Virus record (IMG/VR): IMGVR_UViG_3300033757_000347
DNA: 64,000 bases
From: a virus
Lineage: Duplodnaviria > Caudoviricetes
Reading direction: 5' to 3' (one strand)
The position numbers and the translations under genes are program-made. The notes below the pieces were generated by a model, which made no database searches, was not told the origin of the DNA, and saw only the letters and a list, made by a program, of their open reading frames with translations. This document shows positions 1 to 11,317 of the stretch, piece by piece; position 1 is the first letter of the stretch, and every line of letters starts with the position of its first letter.

Positions 1-2
1 TG

Positions 3-134
3 TCGATACGAACTCCGGACGATTGGGCGGTCACTTACTTGGTGGACGGATGCTTTTCTGATCTTTTCCAAGCCGCTGGAGACCAATTTCCTGTAGAATT
101 CAGATCTCGAGTAAAGGTTGAATTCAAAAGGTGA
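3..134 (+). CDS. C-terminal fragment of DinG/Rad3-like helicase (runs off window start)
   Basis: Frame 3 reads SIRTPDDWAVTYLVDGCF...KR*, resembling the GRxIRxxxDxxxxxLxDxxF motif VI region of DinG-family helicases. Confidence 0.6.
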   Translation, partial: SIRTPDDWAVTYLVDGCFSDLFQAAGDQFPVEFRSRVKVEFKR

Positions 135-145
135 TAAATATATGC

Positions 146-481
146 ATGGAACGAACAGTCAAATCATTTTTAACATTCATCGCTGAGAGTAAATTTTCGG
201 ACAGAAAACCCGGAAAGGAAGGCCTTCTTTCCAGCAAGACCTTTTCGAAGGAGATGAAGGAAAAGGTGCTGCCGTACGTCAGTTCCGAAACTTACTACTA
301 CAACAAGAAAGTTCTCAGACTGGCGATTCCAAAAATAGAAGGTAAAAGTTTTGATGGTGTTGACCTAGGTGCTGACAAGGACGGTTTTTTCGTGTTTACT
401 CACAGAGCTAGGTCAAAATCGTACGACTCTCCAGAAAAGATCCCAAACGGCAAGATCAAATTCATCGAATCCACTGGGTAA
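146..481 (+). CDS. Hypothetical virion/internal protein
   Basis: GATAAATA late-promoter-like box upstream; N-terminus TVKSFLTFIAE resembles the T4 capsid-targeting sequence. Confidence 0.65.
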   Translation: MERTVKSFLTFIAESKFSDRKPGKEGLLSSKTFSKEMKEKVLPYVSSETYYYNKKVLRLAIPKIEGKSFDGVDLGADKDGFFVFTHRARSKSYDSPEKIPNGKIKFIESTG

Positions 482-513
482 CCTAGAATAAATAGCAAAA
501 AGTTACCTCAGTT

Positions 514-1077
514 ATGCCAAGAAAACACGTAAAGGTCTTCGAAGAATTCAGTGCAGACCGCTTCCTAGAAAATCCAGAAGCTGAACTAGCCAACAGTTCC
601 GATCCTAACGAAATAGGAGAAGGAGATTACGTTGATTCTTACCGAGGCAAAGGCCAAGTTCTCGAAATAGTCGGAGATTTTGCAAGAGTTCAACTAGAAG
701 GTGCAGAGCAGAAGATCGTGAAGATCCCGGTGTTCTCCTTGAAGAAGAGCAGCGCTCCAACTTCAAAAGTTGATTACAAACTCATACGCGGCGAAGTCGC
801 TGACCTAGCAGATCGCATAACTAGCTACGTTTCTTACTTGGAACAGGACCCAACCGCTATCGATCTTCACAGTGCAGAAGATATGCTGAGCAACACTCTA
901 GTCGACATCATATCTCTCCAAAAGCAGGATCCTAGCATTACCAGGTCAGACGATTTTGACGCCATCTATCACAGCTCAGTTAGCTTAGCTGACATGATAA
1001 CCGACATCTCTCCAGGCAGAAGAGAAACTATCGACACCATTCTCTCCAAGTACGAAGAGCTTGGAAACATGCAGTAA
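514..1077 (+). CDS. Hypothetical protein (CTS-like N-terminus, SH3/KOW-like segment)
   Basis: 187-aa ORF, phage codon usage, HVKVFEEF motif, AATAAATA upstream. Confidence 0.7.
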   Translation: MPRKHVKVFEEFSADRFLENPEAELANSSDPNEIGEGDYVDSYRGKGQVLEIVGDFARVQLEGAEQKIVKIPVFSLKKSSAPTSKVDYKLIRGEVADLADRITSYVSYLEQDPTAIDLHSAEDMLSNTLVDIISLQKQDPSITRSDDFDAIYHSSVSLADMITDISPGRRETIDTILSKYEELGNMQ

Positions 1078-1111
1078 TCATTCCATTTTTTCCTTTCTGT
1101 AGTATAATTTA

Positions 1112-1277
1112 GTTGGGCCAAGCACCCGTCTCAAACCGTGCTGACAAGGGATGCCTCTTCGGAGCAGTCATTCACCTGAAGTGCGTACGCAAGCTAAGCT
1201 GGGAACAAACGAAGCATGCCGTAACCCAAGGGAATTCGGATGAGCCAAGGAAACTAGTACTCTCCTTGGCTCAGAAC
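1112..1277 (+). ncRNA. Candidate structured RNA / leader of unknown class
   Basis: GC-richer intergenic tract after TATAAT (1103-1108); UUCG hairpin; 11-bp stem TGAGCCAAGGA/TCCTTGGCTCA (1241-1251/1263-1273). Confidence 0.4.
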
Positions 1278-1300
1278 TTCGTCTAACAAAACCACTTATT

Positions 1301-1462
1301 ATGATAGTAGAAGTAACAAAAGAACACGACGGAATTCCAGAAGGTTCACGAATGAAGGTGGATAAGGAGCTTAAGCACTCTTACAAAGGGGTGTGGTCTA
1401 GCATGGCGGGATCCTACACGGTGAAATTCAAAAAGAAATACTCCAAAATCGTAGAAAAATGA
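1301..1462 (+). CDS. Small hypothetical protein (53 aa, below ORF-track cutoff)
   Basis: MIVEVTKEHDGIPEGSRMKV...KIVEK*; stop overlaps next ATG (ATGA coupling). Confidence 0.65.
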   Translation: MIVEVTKEHDGIPEGSRMKVDKELKHSYKGVWSSMAGSYTVKFKKKYSKIVEK

Positions 1463-1686
1463 GCGCTTTGGGTTACCTATTAGGAACAGCGTACATGTTT
1501 GTGGACATGGTCGGCGAGATGGAAGAAAAAAGCAAGCAAAGGTGCAATGACCTGATCGATCAGTACGCGAATTTACGAAACCTTCCTCGTAAAAAGAAGA
1601 AGAAAGAGAAGAAACGTATCCTTCTAGAGTACTCAATCTTCAGCTACAACCCGTTGACCGGAAAGACCTATGATTGGGCAAAATAA
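1459..1686 (+). CDS. Hypothetical protein
   Basis: 75-aa ORF translationally coupled to upstream ORF. Confidence 0.6.
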   Translation: MSALGYLLGTAYMFVDMVGEMEEKSKQRCNDLIDQYANLRNLPRKKKKKEKKRILLEYSIFSYNPLTGKTYDWAK

Positions 1687-1714
1687 TTGATCTAACACCA
1701 TAAAATCACTAAAA

Positions 1715-2329
1715 ATGTTCAAATCGTTAAAGATTTGGTGGGCAAAGCGCACAAACCGCTTGGCCAAAGCGGCTAACAAACAGAATGTTGCGCAAAGGGA
1801 AATCGTTCAGAAAGAGTTAGCAGAACTTATCGGAAAAGCTAAGGTCGAGGAATCTGAACAGGACCAATCGAACCGAGAGTACGTCAACCGCTACAACTCT
1901 CGGTGTCCTAAGTGCGGAGCAAGCGGGCAGTTAGACGTGGTTGATAAGATTCGTCAGGTTCAAGGAGACGGTGAAGTCAGCGGAAGCTTTTCTCTGGGTT
2001 TCGGAAGCGTGTACGGCAGCATGGAAATTGACACCAACGAAGTCAATCACTGCAACAAGTGCGGAAACGAGTGGAAGAAGGAAAAAAGACGTTATACATC
2101 TCACAAAAAAGTGATTGCTGAGTGGCTGAACGAATTAGAAACTCACCTCGAAGGAAAGTACACGTACGCTAAGCGCACGGTCGACAAACTCCAAAAATTT
2201 CACGCTGAATCAATATTTGCACTGTTCGGCGAAGCGGACGATGACAAGCTTTACTACAACGCAAAAAGCACGGTGACCTTATCCGCATTACGAACCCTGT
2301 TCAAATCCGTGTTCGATGAAAATAACTAG
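1715..2329 (+). CDS. Zn-ribbon-containing hypothetical protein
   Basis: CPKC...CNKC pairs. Confidence 0.7.
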   Translation: MFKSLKIWWAKRTNRLAKAANKQNVAQREIVQKELAELIGKAKVEESEQDQSNREYVNRYNSRCPKCGASGQLDVVDKIRQVQGDGEVSGSFSLGFGSVYGSMEIDTNEVNHCNKCGNEWKKEKRRYTSHKKVIAEWLNELETHLEGKYTYAKRTVDKLQKFHAESIFALFGEADDDKLYYNAKSTVTLSALRTLFKSVFDENN

Positions 2330-2645
2330 CAGAAAGTACCTTTGGGAAATCTTGGTGCCGTATCACGACAATAACGGCAACAAGTTCGACCTTGCGTACC
2401 ACCGCCAGTGGGACGATAAAGTTAGGTCGATCGCTGGGGGATTGACCGTATTCAAAACCTCAAAAGGTCAGTGGGTTAGCGAGGATAATGAGCAGTTTAA
2501 CGATCGCATGATTCCTGTGCGAATTTACTGCAGCGAATCGCAGATCGACGAGATCATAGAATTCACTCTGGAACACTACGATCAGAAAGCTGTACTGTGT
2601 TACACTATCAGCGATTTTGTTAAGCTAGTTTCTCGGCAAAACTAA
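2316..2645 (+). CDS. Conserved-type phage hypothetical protein
   Basis: 109-aa ORF overlapping upstream stop. Confidence 0.65.
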   Translation: MKITSRKYLWEILVPYHDNNGNKFDLAYHRQWDDKVRSIAGGLTVFKTSKGQWVSEDNEQFNDRMIPVRIYCSESQIDEIIEFTLEHYDQKAVLCYTISDFVKLVSRQN

Positions 2646-2659
2646 TTTTTCAACTGTCG

Positions 2660-2667
2660 TATAAATA
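2660..2667 (+). promoter_or_regulatory. T4-type late promoter TATAAATA (representative; similar boxes near 487, 3700, 7889, 11331, 12639, 23807, 33104, 37553, 41895, 55328, 56018, 59141, 62141)
   Basis: (T/G/A)ATAAATA recurs a short distance upstream of structural and late genes; T4 gp55 consensus is TATAAATA. Confidence 0.75.
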
Positions 2668-2770
2668 CTATTGGAACATAGAGCCTCGCTCTGTGAGTCT
2701 CGGGTCCAAGGGCCCTTGAGCGATCGATCGAACGGTCGCGATGAGATTTGCAAAAATAACACAGCTAACT

Positions 2771-3658
2771 ATGTACCTAAATCAATCAAGCTCGTACTAT
2801 TCGAGCGGAGTATACTATTACTCAACATCAAACCCAACCCCAACGGCTCACGTTACAGTGAACCGAAATCGTCTGAAGCTTTACGGAGAAAACGTCTACA
2901 TGAAGGACGGAACGACCTTCGAGATTGAGCTTTGGAATCCAAGATCAAACCGAGTTCTTGCAAAAATTTCCATCAACGGAGTTTCCGTGTCAGGTGGAGG
3001 TATCGTCGTGAATCCCGGCCAGAGAGTCTACCTTGAAAGGTTTTTAGAAGAGGACCGCAAGTTCAAATTCACCACCTACGAGGCGGAAAATTCAGCTGAA
3101 GGAAGAGCTGCTATCGCGAAAAACGGGCTGGTAACAGTCGAGTTCTACGACGAGATCTTCCAACAGAAGAACTGGTTCTGCGGAAACGGTTCCATTACCA
3201 TCAATGGACCTACCATTTATGGAGGAACTAGCGGAAACCCAACGTTCAATCCTACCTTCACGACTAACCAGCGTTACTTTAACAGCACGCCGACCAGCGG
3301 AGCTGTGGACAGCGTTGGAATGTCATCTAACGTTAACTATTCGGCCAACATGAACATGATGGATTGCTGCAAAGACAGCTTTTCCGACAGAGTACCGCTC
3401 GGCCGAAAATTGTCAAAGTCCTCTATGAACATAGAGACTGGCCGGATCGAAAAAGGCGAACGCTCAAACCAGAAGCTAGTTGATACCTACGGGGATTTCA
3501 GCTTCTACGCTTGCGCTTACTACACAGTGAAGATCCTTCCGGAAAGCCAAAAACCCGCAGAGATCGGAGAGATCCGTTCGTACTGCACAGGTTGCGGCCG
3601 CAGGTGGAGATCCGGTGAAAACTTCTGCCCAACGTGCGGAACTGCTAGAAACAATTAA
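2771..3658 (+). CDS. Hypothetical protein with C-terminal zinc ribbon
   Basis: C-terminal CTGC...FCPTCG; likely start ATG 2771 after a structured leader. Confidence 0.75.
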   Translation: MYLNQSSSYYSSGVYYYSTSNPTPTAHVTVNRNRLKLYGENVYMKDGTTFEIELWNPRSNRVLAKISINGVSVSGGGIVVNPGQRVYLERFLEEDRKFKFTTYEAENSAEGRAAIAKNGLVTVEFYDEIFQQKNWFCGNGSITINGPTIYGGTSGNPTFNPTFTTNQRYFNSTPTSGAVDSVGMSSNVNYSANMNMMDCCKDSFSDRVPLGRKLSKSSMNIETGRIEKGERSNQKLVDTYGDFSFYACAYYTVKILPESQKPAEIGEIRSYCTGCGRRWRSGENFCPTCGTARNN

Positions 3659-3729
3659 CAATTTGTGCAAGAGCGAGGCTCAAATTGTTCCTCTTTCCGT
3701 ATAAATAAACTCAAAATTGCATAACCAAC

Positions 3730-4008
3730 ATGGCAGAAATGAGTTTAACTAGCAGCGGAGCTAAAAAGGTTTTAAGTTTCGAAGAATTCACAGCTGCTCA
3801 GGACGGCGGAATGTCAGTTCCAAGCTTCGGAGAACAGCCAGAACTTCCAACCGAGCCTATTGCTGCTGAACCGGAAACTCCGGAAATGACTGATGAAGTC
3901 CCAACAACCGAGCCTGAACAGGACGAGGTTACCTTGCTTGATGGTCCGGAAGACGGGTCCGAAGAGCCTGCTCCGTCGGGAGAAGAAACCGAAGAGCCAA
4001 CCGCTTAA
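3730..4008 (+). CDS. Acidic Pro/Glu-rich putative internal head protein
   Basis: Late promoter at 3700; KKVLSFEEF motif. Confidence 0.65.
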   Translation: MAEMSLTSSGAKKVLSFEEFTAAQDGGMSVPSFGEQPELPTEPIAAEPETPEMTDEVPTTEPEQDEVTLLDGPEDGSEEPAPSGEETEEPTA

Positions 4009-4045
4009 CAAACTACACTTTACTAAAAAAAACTTCGTACACGAA

Positions 4046-4441
4046 ATGGCAGGTTCTCGTGGCACTAACGATTCGGTAGATAACATGATGAATGACATTC
4101 TAACAGCTTTAGAAATCATCAAGAAGCAATTACCGAACGGCGAACTAAAAGCAATTCAGGAGAGAATAGAAAGGATAGATCAGTCTCAGGAAGACATGAA
4201 GGAGGACCTTCGTGCAATAAAGAGACAGTTGCTGGATCCAGAAGATGGGATAATCGTTAGGGTCAACAAGAACACAGAATTCAGAAAGAAGCAGGAATCG
4301 GAGGAAAAGGACTTCGATAAGTTTATGGAGGAACACAAGGACATGATGTCGTTTAAAGACACTGTCACAAAGATCCTCTGGATAGTCTTCACTGCAATCG
4401 CTGGAATAATACTGGCAATGATATTCGGAGTGACAAAGTAA
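4046..4441 (+). CDS. Coiled-coil protein with C-terminal TM helix (holin/XhlA-like architecture)
   Basis: Likely start MAGSRG; C-terminal ILWIVFTAIAGIILAMIFGV. Confidence 0.6.
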   Translation: MAGSRGTNDSVDNMMNDILTALEIIKKQLPNGELKAIQERIERIDQSQEDMKEDLRAIKRQLLDPEDGIIVRVNKNTEFRKKQESEEKDFDKFMEEHKDMMSFKDTVTKILWIVFTAIAGIILAMIFGVTK

Positions 4442-4445
4442 CACC

Positions 4446-4601
4446 ATGAAAAGGATCGTCGAAAATTTTGAGCAGTTCTTGCAGCAAGCGAGCATATCCC
4501 AGACTGGCGATCCTAACATCTTTGGGTTGAACCCAAAGAAAAAGGGCTCAAAAGTTAAGAAAAGTAAGCCCAAATTAAAATCCAAACAACAGCCTGAGTA
4601 G
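4446..4601 (+). CDS. Small Lys-rich protein (51 aa, below ORF-track cutoff)
   Basis: MKRIVENFEQFLQQ...KKKGSKVKKSKPKLKSKQQPE*; CTS-like N-terminus. Confidence 0.6.
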   Translation: MKRIVENFEQFLQQASISQTGDPNIFGLNPKKKGSKVKKSKPKLKSKQQPE

Positions 4602-4637
4602 TATAATATCGTTAGCAAAAAAGACTAGCGAAATTAT

Positions 4638-4826
4638 ATGCAAACAACCTTCGCCGAACCAGGCATAATCATCACCATCCAAGAAGAAAAGGGTTCCAAT
4701 TATTACGATGAAGAGTTAGCAAAAGCTCTTGTCGAAATATGGAGAGCTCGTCACAGTTGGACTCCCGAACAGAGGGAGAGAATCATCGCTATCACAAAAG
4801 AATCGTACATCGACCATGGCAAATAA
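4638..4826 (+). CDS. Hypothetical protein
   Basis: 62-aa ORF after TAGTATAAT promoter-like site. Confidence 0.55.
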   Translation: MQTTFAEPGIIITIQEEKGSNYYDEELAKALVEIWRARHSWTPEQRERIIAITKESYIDHGK

Positions 4827-5031
4827 CGAGATGTTTTACCGGGAAGAAGACGTGTACAAAGAGTGCTTAACCTGGCATGCTCTTCAATGGATGAAAGATT
4901 ACGGTCACCTTAACAGCGTTTGGTACTTAGAAAACAACGCTGGGCCGGTCCTCGGCTACTTCATCAACAAGTACGGGATCAGCAAGGTACTCGAAGAGCT
5001 CGATCGAAAAATACAGGAACTAGTAAAGTGA
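4816..5031 (+). CDS. Hypothetical protein
   Basis: Likely start MANNEMF; overlaps neighbours. Confidence 0.55.
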   Translation: MANNEMFYREEDVYKECLTWHALQWMKDYGHLNSVWYLENNAGPVLGYFINKYGISKVLEELDRKIQELVK

Positions 5032-5435
5032 TGAAAGCTCTATTTCAAGCACGAAAGATACAAGTAAAGGAGAGTCCTGTCCACGGTTGGGGAGTCTTCG
5101 CGACAGAAGACATAGAGAACAACGAACTCATAGAAGAGTGCGCTTTCGTCGAACTGCCAATAGCGTACGGAGAATCGTCTTCTCTTCTTATCGATTACCG
5201 GTTCAACTACCCGGCTGGCCCGATGACTCCCGAAACCAAGCAAGTTGCGGTTCTCGGGTACGGCATGCTGTACAATCACAGATCTCCAAACAATGCATAC
5301 TGGGTAACTGATACTGCATCTCGCAGTTTTAAGTTTTACTCGTGTGCCCCTATTAAAGCCGGAGAGGAAATTTTTCTGTACTACGGCGGAGAAGATTATT
5401 GGAAAGACGGAAGGTCAAACACTAAAGTAAAGTAA
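5031..5435 (+). CDS. SET-domain protein-lysine methyltransferase
   Basis: SPVHGWGVFA, YNHRSPNNA, IKAGEEIFLYYG SET signature motifs. Confidence 0.9.
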   Translation: MKALFQARKIQVKESPVHGWGVFATEDIENNELIEECAFVELPIAYGESSSLLIDYRFNYPAGPMTPETKQVAVLGYGMLYNHRSPNNAYWVTDTASRSFKFYSCAPIKAGEEIFLYYGGEDYWKDGRSNTKVK

Positions 5436-5436
5436 G

Positions 5437-5649
5437 ATGGCAGCAACAAGCAATCACTACGGTGACGTAGCTAAGTGGATCGAAAAAGTTATCGATTCGT
5501 GCAAGACGACCGATCAATTGACGGGAGCATTTGCTCTCATCAATAATTTCGGAACAATGTTTCCGGCTCACTATTCGTCTCTGTTCTTACCTCTTTGGTC
5601 CAGAGCAGACGACCGGTGGAACGAAATAATCGAAGAACGACACAAATGA
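5437..5649 (+). CDS. Hypothetical protein
   Basis: 70-aa ORF in tightly packed operon. Confidence 0.6.
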   Translation: MAATSNHYGDVAKWIEKVIDSCKTTDQLTGAFALINNFGTMFPAHYSSLFLPLWSRADDRWNEIIEERHK

Positions 5650-6170
5650 AAGTGATATTCGTGGACATAGACGGACCTCTCTCGTACGGAACTTGGGACG
5701 ATGGATCTGTAAAGATAACCGAAGATCTTACGATACCTTACGCTTGGGAAAAGGACCGGTGCGAAGTGTTGGCTGAGATAATCACAGAAACGGGCGCTAA
5801 GGTCATCGTCAGCTCTGATTGGAAGAAACACTTCACGGTAGACCAGCTGAACTCTGTGTTCGAGTATTACGGTATTCCACCCGTTGTTATAGGAGTAACC
5901 GACACGCAGAAAGCTAAGATCAGCTCGTGGTTGGACATGGACAGAGCTTACCAGATAGCAAGGTGGCTTCAACAGAACCGAGAATCGGTGGAAGAGTGGA
6001 TCGCAATAGACGATCTCAACTTGGGAAAATGGTTCGAAGAAATGACGGAAGAGCACCCGTACATAACGAAAAATCACCACGTGTGGATATTCGGCGATTG
6101 GGCAGAAGTAAACACGAGGTTGGCAGACTGTGCCGATAAAATAATCAATCACTTAAATGGAAGAAAGTAA
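5646..6170 (+). CDS. HAD-domain protein (Swiss-Army-Knife RNA-repair-like HAD)
   Basis: IFVDIDGPL, VSSDWK, WIAIDD HAD motifs. Confidence 0.85.
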   Translation: MKVIFVDIDGPLSYGTWDDGSVKITEDLTIPYAWEKDRCEVLAEIITETGAKVIVSSDWKKHFTVDQLNSVFEYYGIPPVVIGVTDTQKAKISSWLDMDRAYQIARWLQQNRESVEEWIAIDDLNLGKWFEEMTEEHPYITKNHHVWIFGDWAEVNTRLADCADKIINHLNGRK

Positions 6171-6363
6171 GAACGAACTGAACATACCTCAGCTCAGCCA
6201 GGAATACGCCAGCGCTATAGTGCAATCGTTAGCGATAGCGCAAAAGAACAAAGCAATATCCGGGCCAGGAGACCTGGAACTTCTCATTGCTGCGGGTTTG
6301 GAAACTGCGCTTGAGGATTTTAAAGAAAAGCTATTGGCTAAACCTAAAATTGAATTGGGATGA
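6157..6363 (+). CDS. Hypothetical protein
   Basis: Coupled ORF. Confidence 0.55.
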   Translation: MEESKNELNIPQLSQEYASAIVQSLAIAQKNKAISGPGDLELLIAAGLETALEDFKEKLLAKPKIELG

Positions 6364-6737
6364 AACTGGAAGTATTTAAAGCGATAATACGTGCAATAGA
6401 GGTTCAGGGAGAACGCGGAGTAGAAGCAGCTAAGTTGGGTATCGATCTGGTGGAATACGAAGAAGGCTGGATGATTGCTCTGAACTTAGCTCTCAACGCT
6501 TACTACGGAAAGACCGGCGGAGATTGGATCGACTGGTACCTCTACGAGAGAACGGCTGGCGAAACTCCTCTGCAAGCGTTTGACGAGAAGAACAACCCTA
6601 TATGCTACGACGTTCCTAGCCTTTGGAAGCACGTAGAAGAACTTAGAGTAAGCGAGAATTTCGAAGAGTTTGACCTTCCTCAAAAGTTGACGATAACCGA
6701 TGCTGACATATTTCGGTTGCTGTCCGGCAAACGCTAA
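6360..6737 (+). CDS. Hypothetical protein
   Basis: 125-aa coupled ORF. Confidence 0.65.
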   Translation: MKLEVFKAIIRAIEVQGERGVEAAKLGIDLVEYEEGWMIALNLALNAYYGKTGGDWIDWYLYERTAGETPLQAFDEKNNPICYDVPSLWKHVEELRVSENFEEFDLPQKLTITDADIFRLLSGKR

Positions 6738-6767
6738 TTTTGGTATAGTATCTTAGAACTAAAAGCA

Positions 6768-7220
6768 ATGAAAAATTCAGTAATACGATACTTCAGTTAC
6801 CGAATAAAGCGAATGACCGTGCGAACTCGTCAGAAACGAAAAGAGTCTGAGAGAAAGCACGCTCTTGGTCTTCTTAGCTCTGAACAGAAGGACGTTTTTG
6901 ATCTGGTTGTCATGACCGTAAAGAAACACCCGGAGAAGATTCTTTACGATAAGGTCACCGGAGAAGTTCTGATAGTCGAAGAGAATCGACTGTTCACGAT
7001 GTATCACGACAGCAAGGATCACATGGTGTCCATCCACAATCACAGTGGATTTCACTCGCAGTGGTTCATGGAATCTTCGTACAATTACTTGATGGACATC
7101 GTTAACGCCGAAGCTCACAGGTACCGTAGAAAGTTAAAGTACGAAGTTCGAATGAACATCAGAAACTTTCTCAAGGGCATAACCGAAGAAAAGCAAATCG
7201 AAGATGCTGAAGGTAAATAA
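6768..7220 (+). CDS. Hypothetical protein
   Basis: 150-aa ORF, phage codon usage. Confidence 0.65.
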   Translation: MKNSVIRYFSYRIKRMTVRTRQKRKESERKHALGLLSSEQKDVFDLVVMTVKKHPEKILYDKVTGEVLIVEENRLFTMYHDSKDHMVSIHNHSGFHSQWFMESSYNYLMDIVNAEAHRYRRKLKYEVRMNIRNFLKGITEEKQIEDAEGK

Positions 7221-7237
7221 AATAAAGGAAACATCAC

Positions 7238-7873
7238 ATGGACGTTGTACTAACAGACACTTTCGCAAAGAGCCTGAAGCGCTTGCGAAATCGCCAAAGG
7301 TGGTTTTGGAAAGCTTGGGATTGCCTGAGGTACGACGTACCTCGCTTTCTTAAGAACCTAAAAACTTACAGCAAGGACCTCTGGAACACTTACCCGTGGG
7401 ACACTCACGGAGCACTAAGGCTTCTTCGCACCAACATCAGAATCACAGCAGATACGATCGAAAAGTACGGTCACGAAGTTGACGAGTCCCGTCTGAAAAA
7501 GATCGAAAAGATGCGTCGTGCTGTCGATATTTTGAACTATCACATTGAGGACGATTTTATTGACTTAGCTGAGGAACAACTCGGAAAAACCGTTTCAGAC
7601 TGGGTAGACTTCGCAAAGGATGACAAGCATCCTGACTGGGTAAAGCTCGTTTCTAAAGCTACTGAGCAGGAAGAAAAGGACAATTCTGCGATCTACGCAT
7701 TGGCTAGAAAGTTGGAAAATGACACGTGGAAGGAACTCTTCGAGATACTACACGGGCAGAACGTTGAGGAATACCGGAAGCTCATGGAAAATTTGACTGA
7801 GGAAGAGAAAAAAAGTGAGGACCATTGGTATAAATGGTTCGACGGCTCTGGTATGAAAGGGTGGTGGGATTAG
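7238..7873 (+). CDS. Hypothetical phage protein (C-terminal GWWD)
   Basis: 211-aa ORF. Confidence 0.7.
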   Translation: MDVVLTDTFAKSLKRLRNRQRWFWKAWDCLRYDVPRFLKNLKTYSKDLWNTYPWDTHGALRLLRTNIRITADTIEKYGHEVDESRLKKIEKMRRAVDILNYHIEDDFIDLAEEQLGKTVSDWVDFAKDDKHPDWVKLVSKATEQEEKDNSAIYALARKLENDTWKELFEILHGQNVEEYRKLMENLTEEEKKSEDHWYKWFDGSGMKGWWD

Positions 7874-7913
7874 TCGTGAAAGGTTGGTGATAAATAACAT
7901 AAACTATTTTGAA

Positions 7914-8500
7914 ATGGCGTATGTTTATCAACACGTAAGGTTGGACACTAATTCTATTTTTTACATAGGCATTGGTTCTGGTCCTGATTACCGGAGAGCG
8001 TATATGCTGCATAACCGAAATCCCTTATGGAATAATATAGCAAAAAAAGTAGACTATAAAGTTGAAATAATTCACGATAACGTTACTTGGGAAGAAGCAT
8101 GCAAATTGGAAAAAGAATACATCAAAAAATACGGTAAGCTCTCAAACGGCGGGGTCCTTGCTAATTTCACTGATGGTGGAGAAGGTTTCAAAATGAATCA
8201 TTCAAACGATTCAAAAAGAAAAATATCAGCGGCTCTGTTCAATAAAACGTATGAAGAAATCCATGGATCAGAAAATGCTCAATTAGAAAAAGATAAACGA
8301 AGAAATTCTGTAAAAAATGATTGGGCTAAAATGGATCTGATTAAAAAAGAAGATAGACTTAAAAAAATAAGCAATTCATTATCTGCTTATTTTGAAACTC
8401 ATCCTGTTCAATTCAAACAATTAACGTGTCCGCATTGTGGCATCTCAGGAAAAACAAACGGTATGTATAGATGGCACTTTGATAATTGTAGAAACAAAAA

Positions 8501-8504
<4 letters not shown>
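7914..8504 (+). CDS. GIY-YIG-like / NUMOD homing endonuclease
   Basis: YVYQH...FYIGIG...RA, NFTDGGEG, KRKIS repeats, CPHC...RWHFDNC; AT-rich with own late promoter. Confidence 0.8.
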
Positions 8505-10501
<1,997 letters not shown>

Positions 10502-10580
10502 AAAAGCGCTCGATAGGTACTAATTTTTCACCTTGGCACACTTTTTTGCTGTTAAATAACTAAGCAAAAAGAACGCCAAC

Positions 10581-11317
10581 ATGAGAACACTAGCCTTTTT
10601 AGCAGTACTGTCAGTTATCCTATCGTTCGGCTGCTCGCCGAAAGTTGTGCAGGTCTCAAAAACCCCCACCGAAACGTACGTTGTTCAGGAAGAGCCTCAA
10701 CCAGTCGAGTACGTAGCTCCAACCTACCATTTTTACTTCTACCAGGAGCCAATTCGCTACACTTACTATGGTTACTACTGGTACCAGCCGTACTACTACA
10801 ACTTTTATTATCCTTACTACGATCCATTTTACTACGATTTTTACCGGTACAGTTACGGCTGGTACCCTTACTATCGCTGGGGTGCATGGGATCACCACCA
10901 GCACCACAGTTGGTACAAAGGTGATGGAACAACAACGACTGGTATTACGGCCCTAGAAAATCGCTAGGTTCATCGACCTTGCGAACTGTCAAACCTCAGC
11001 CAAAGATGCAGGAACAGCCTAGGCAGCAACAGAGAGTTCAAGAAAAACCGAAACCTCAGCCGACTTACCAGAAACCTGCAAGAACAGAGCCAACCCGTTA
11101 CTATTCTCCGACTTACAGACAGCCTAGAAACAAAAACGAATACACGAGCCCAGCGTACCGGACTCCGCCTGCCTATTCCAAGCCAGCAGAAAAAAGTCCA
11201 ACTCGCACAAACCCTGTTTACGAAGCACCGAAGTCTCAGCCGAGAAACGTACAGCCTTCTCGCACTCCTACTCGTAATTATTCTCAGCCAACAAAAACAG
11301 CCAGAGGACCCAGGTAA
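10581..11317 (+). pseudogene. Tyr/Trp-rich lipoprotein gene split by a 1-nt frameshift near 10925
   Basis: Lipobox SFGC; -1 frame from 10925 reads WNNNDWYYGPRKSLGSSTLRTVKPQ and joins ORF 10979-11317. Confidence 0.65.

Noticed and set aside
1155-1168. 14-nt CTCTTCGGAGCAGT shared with the MITE omega-RNA
   Set aside because: Centred on a common C(UUCG)G tetraloop; no further similarity or IS ends near 1112-1277
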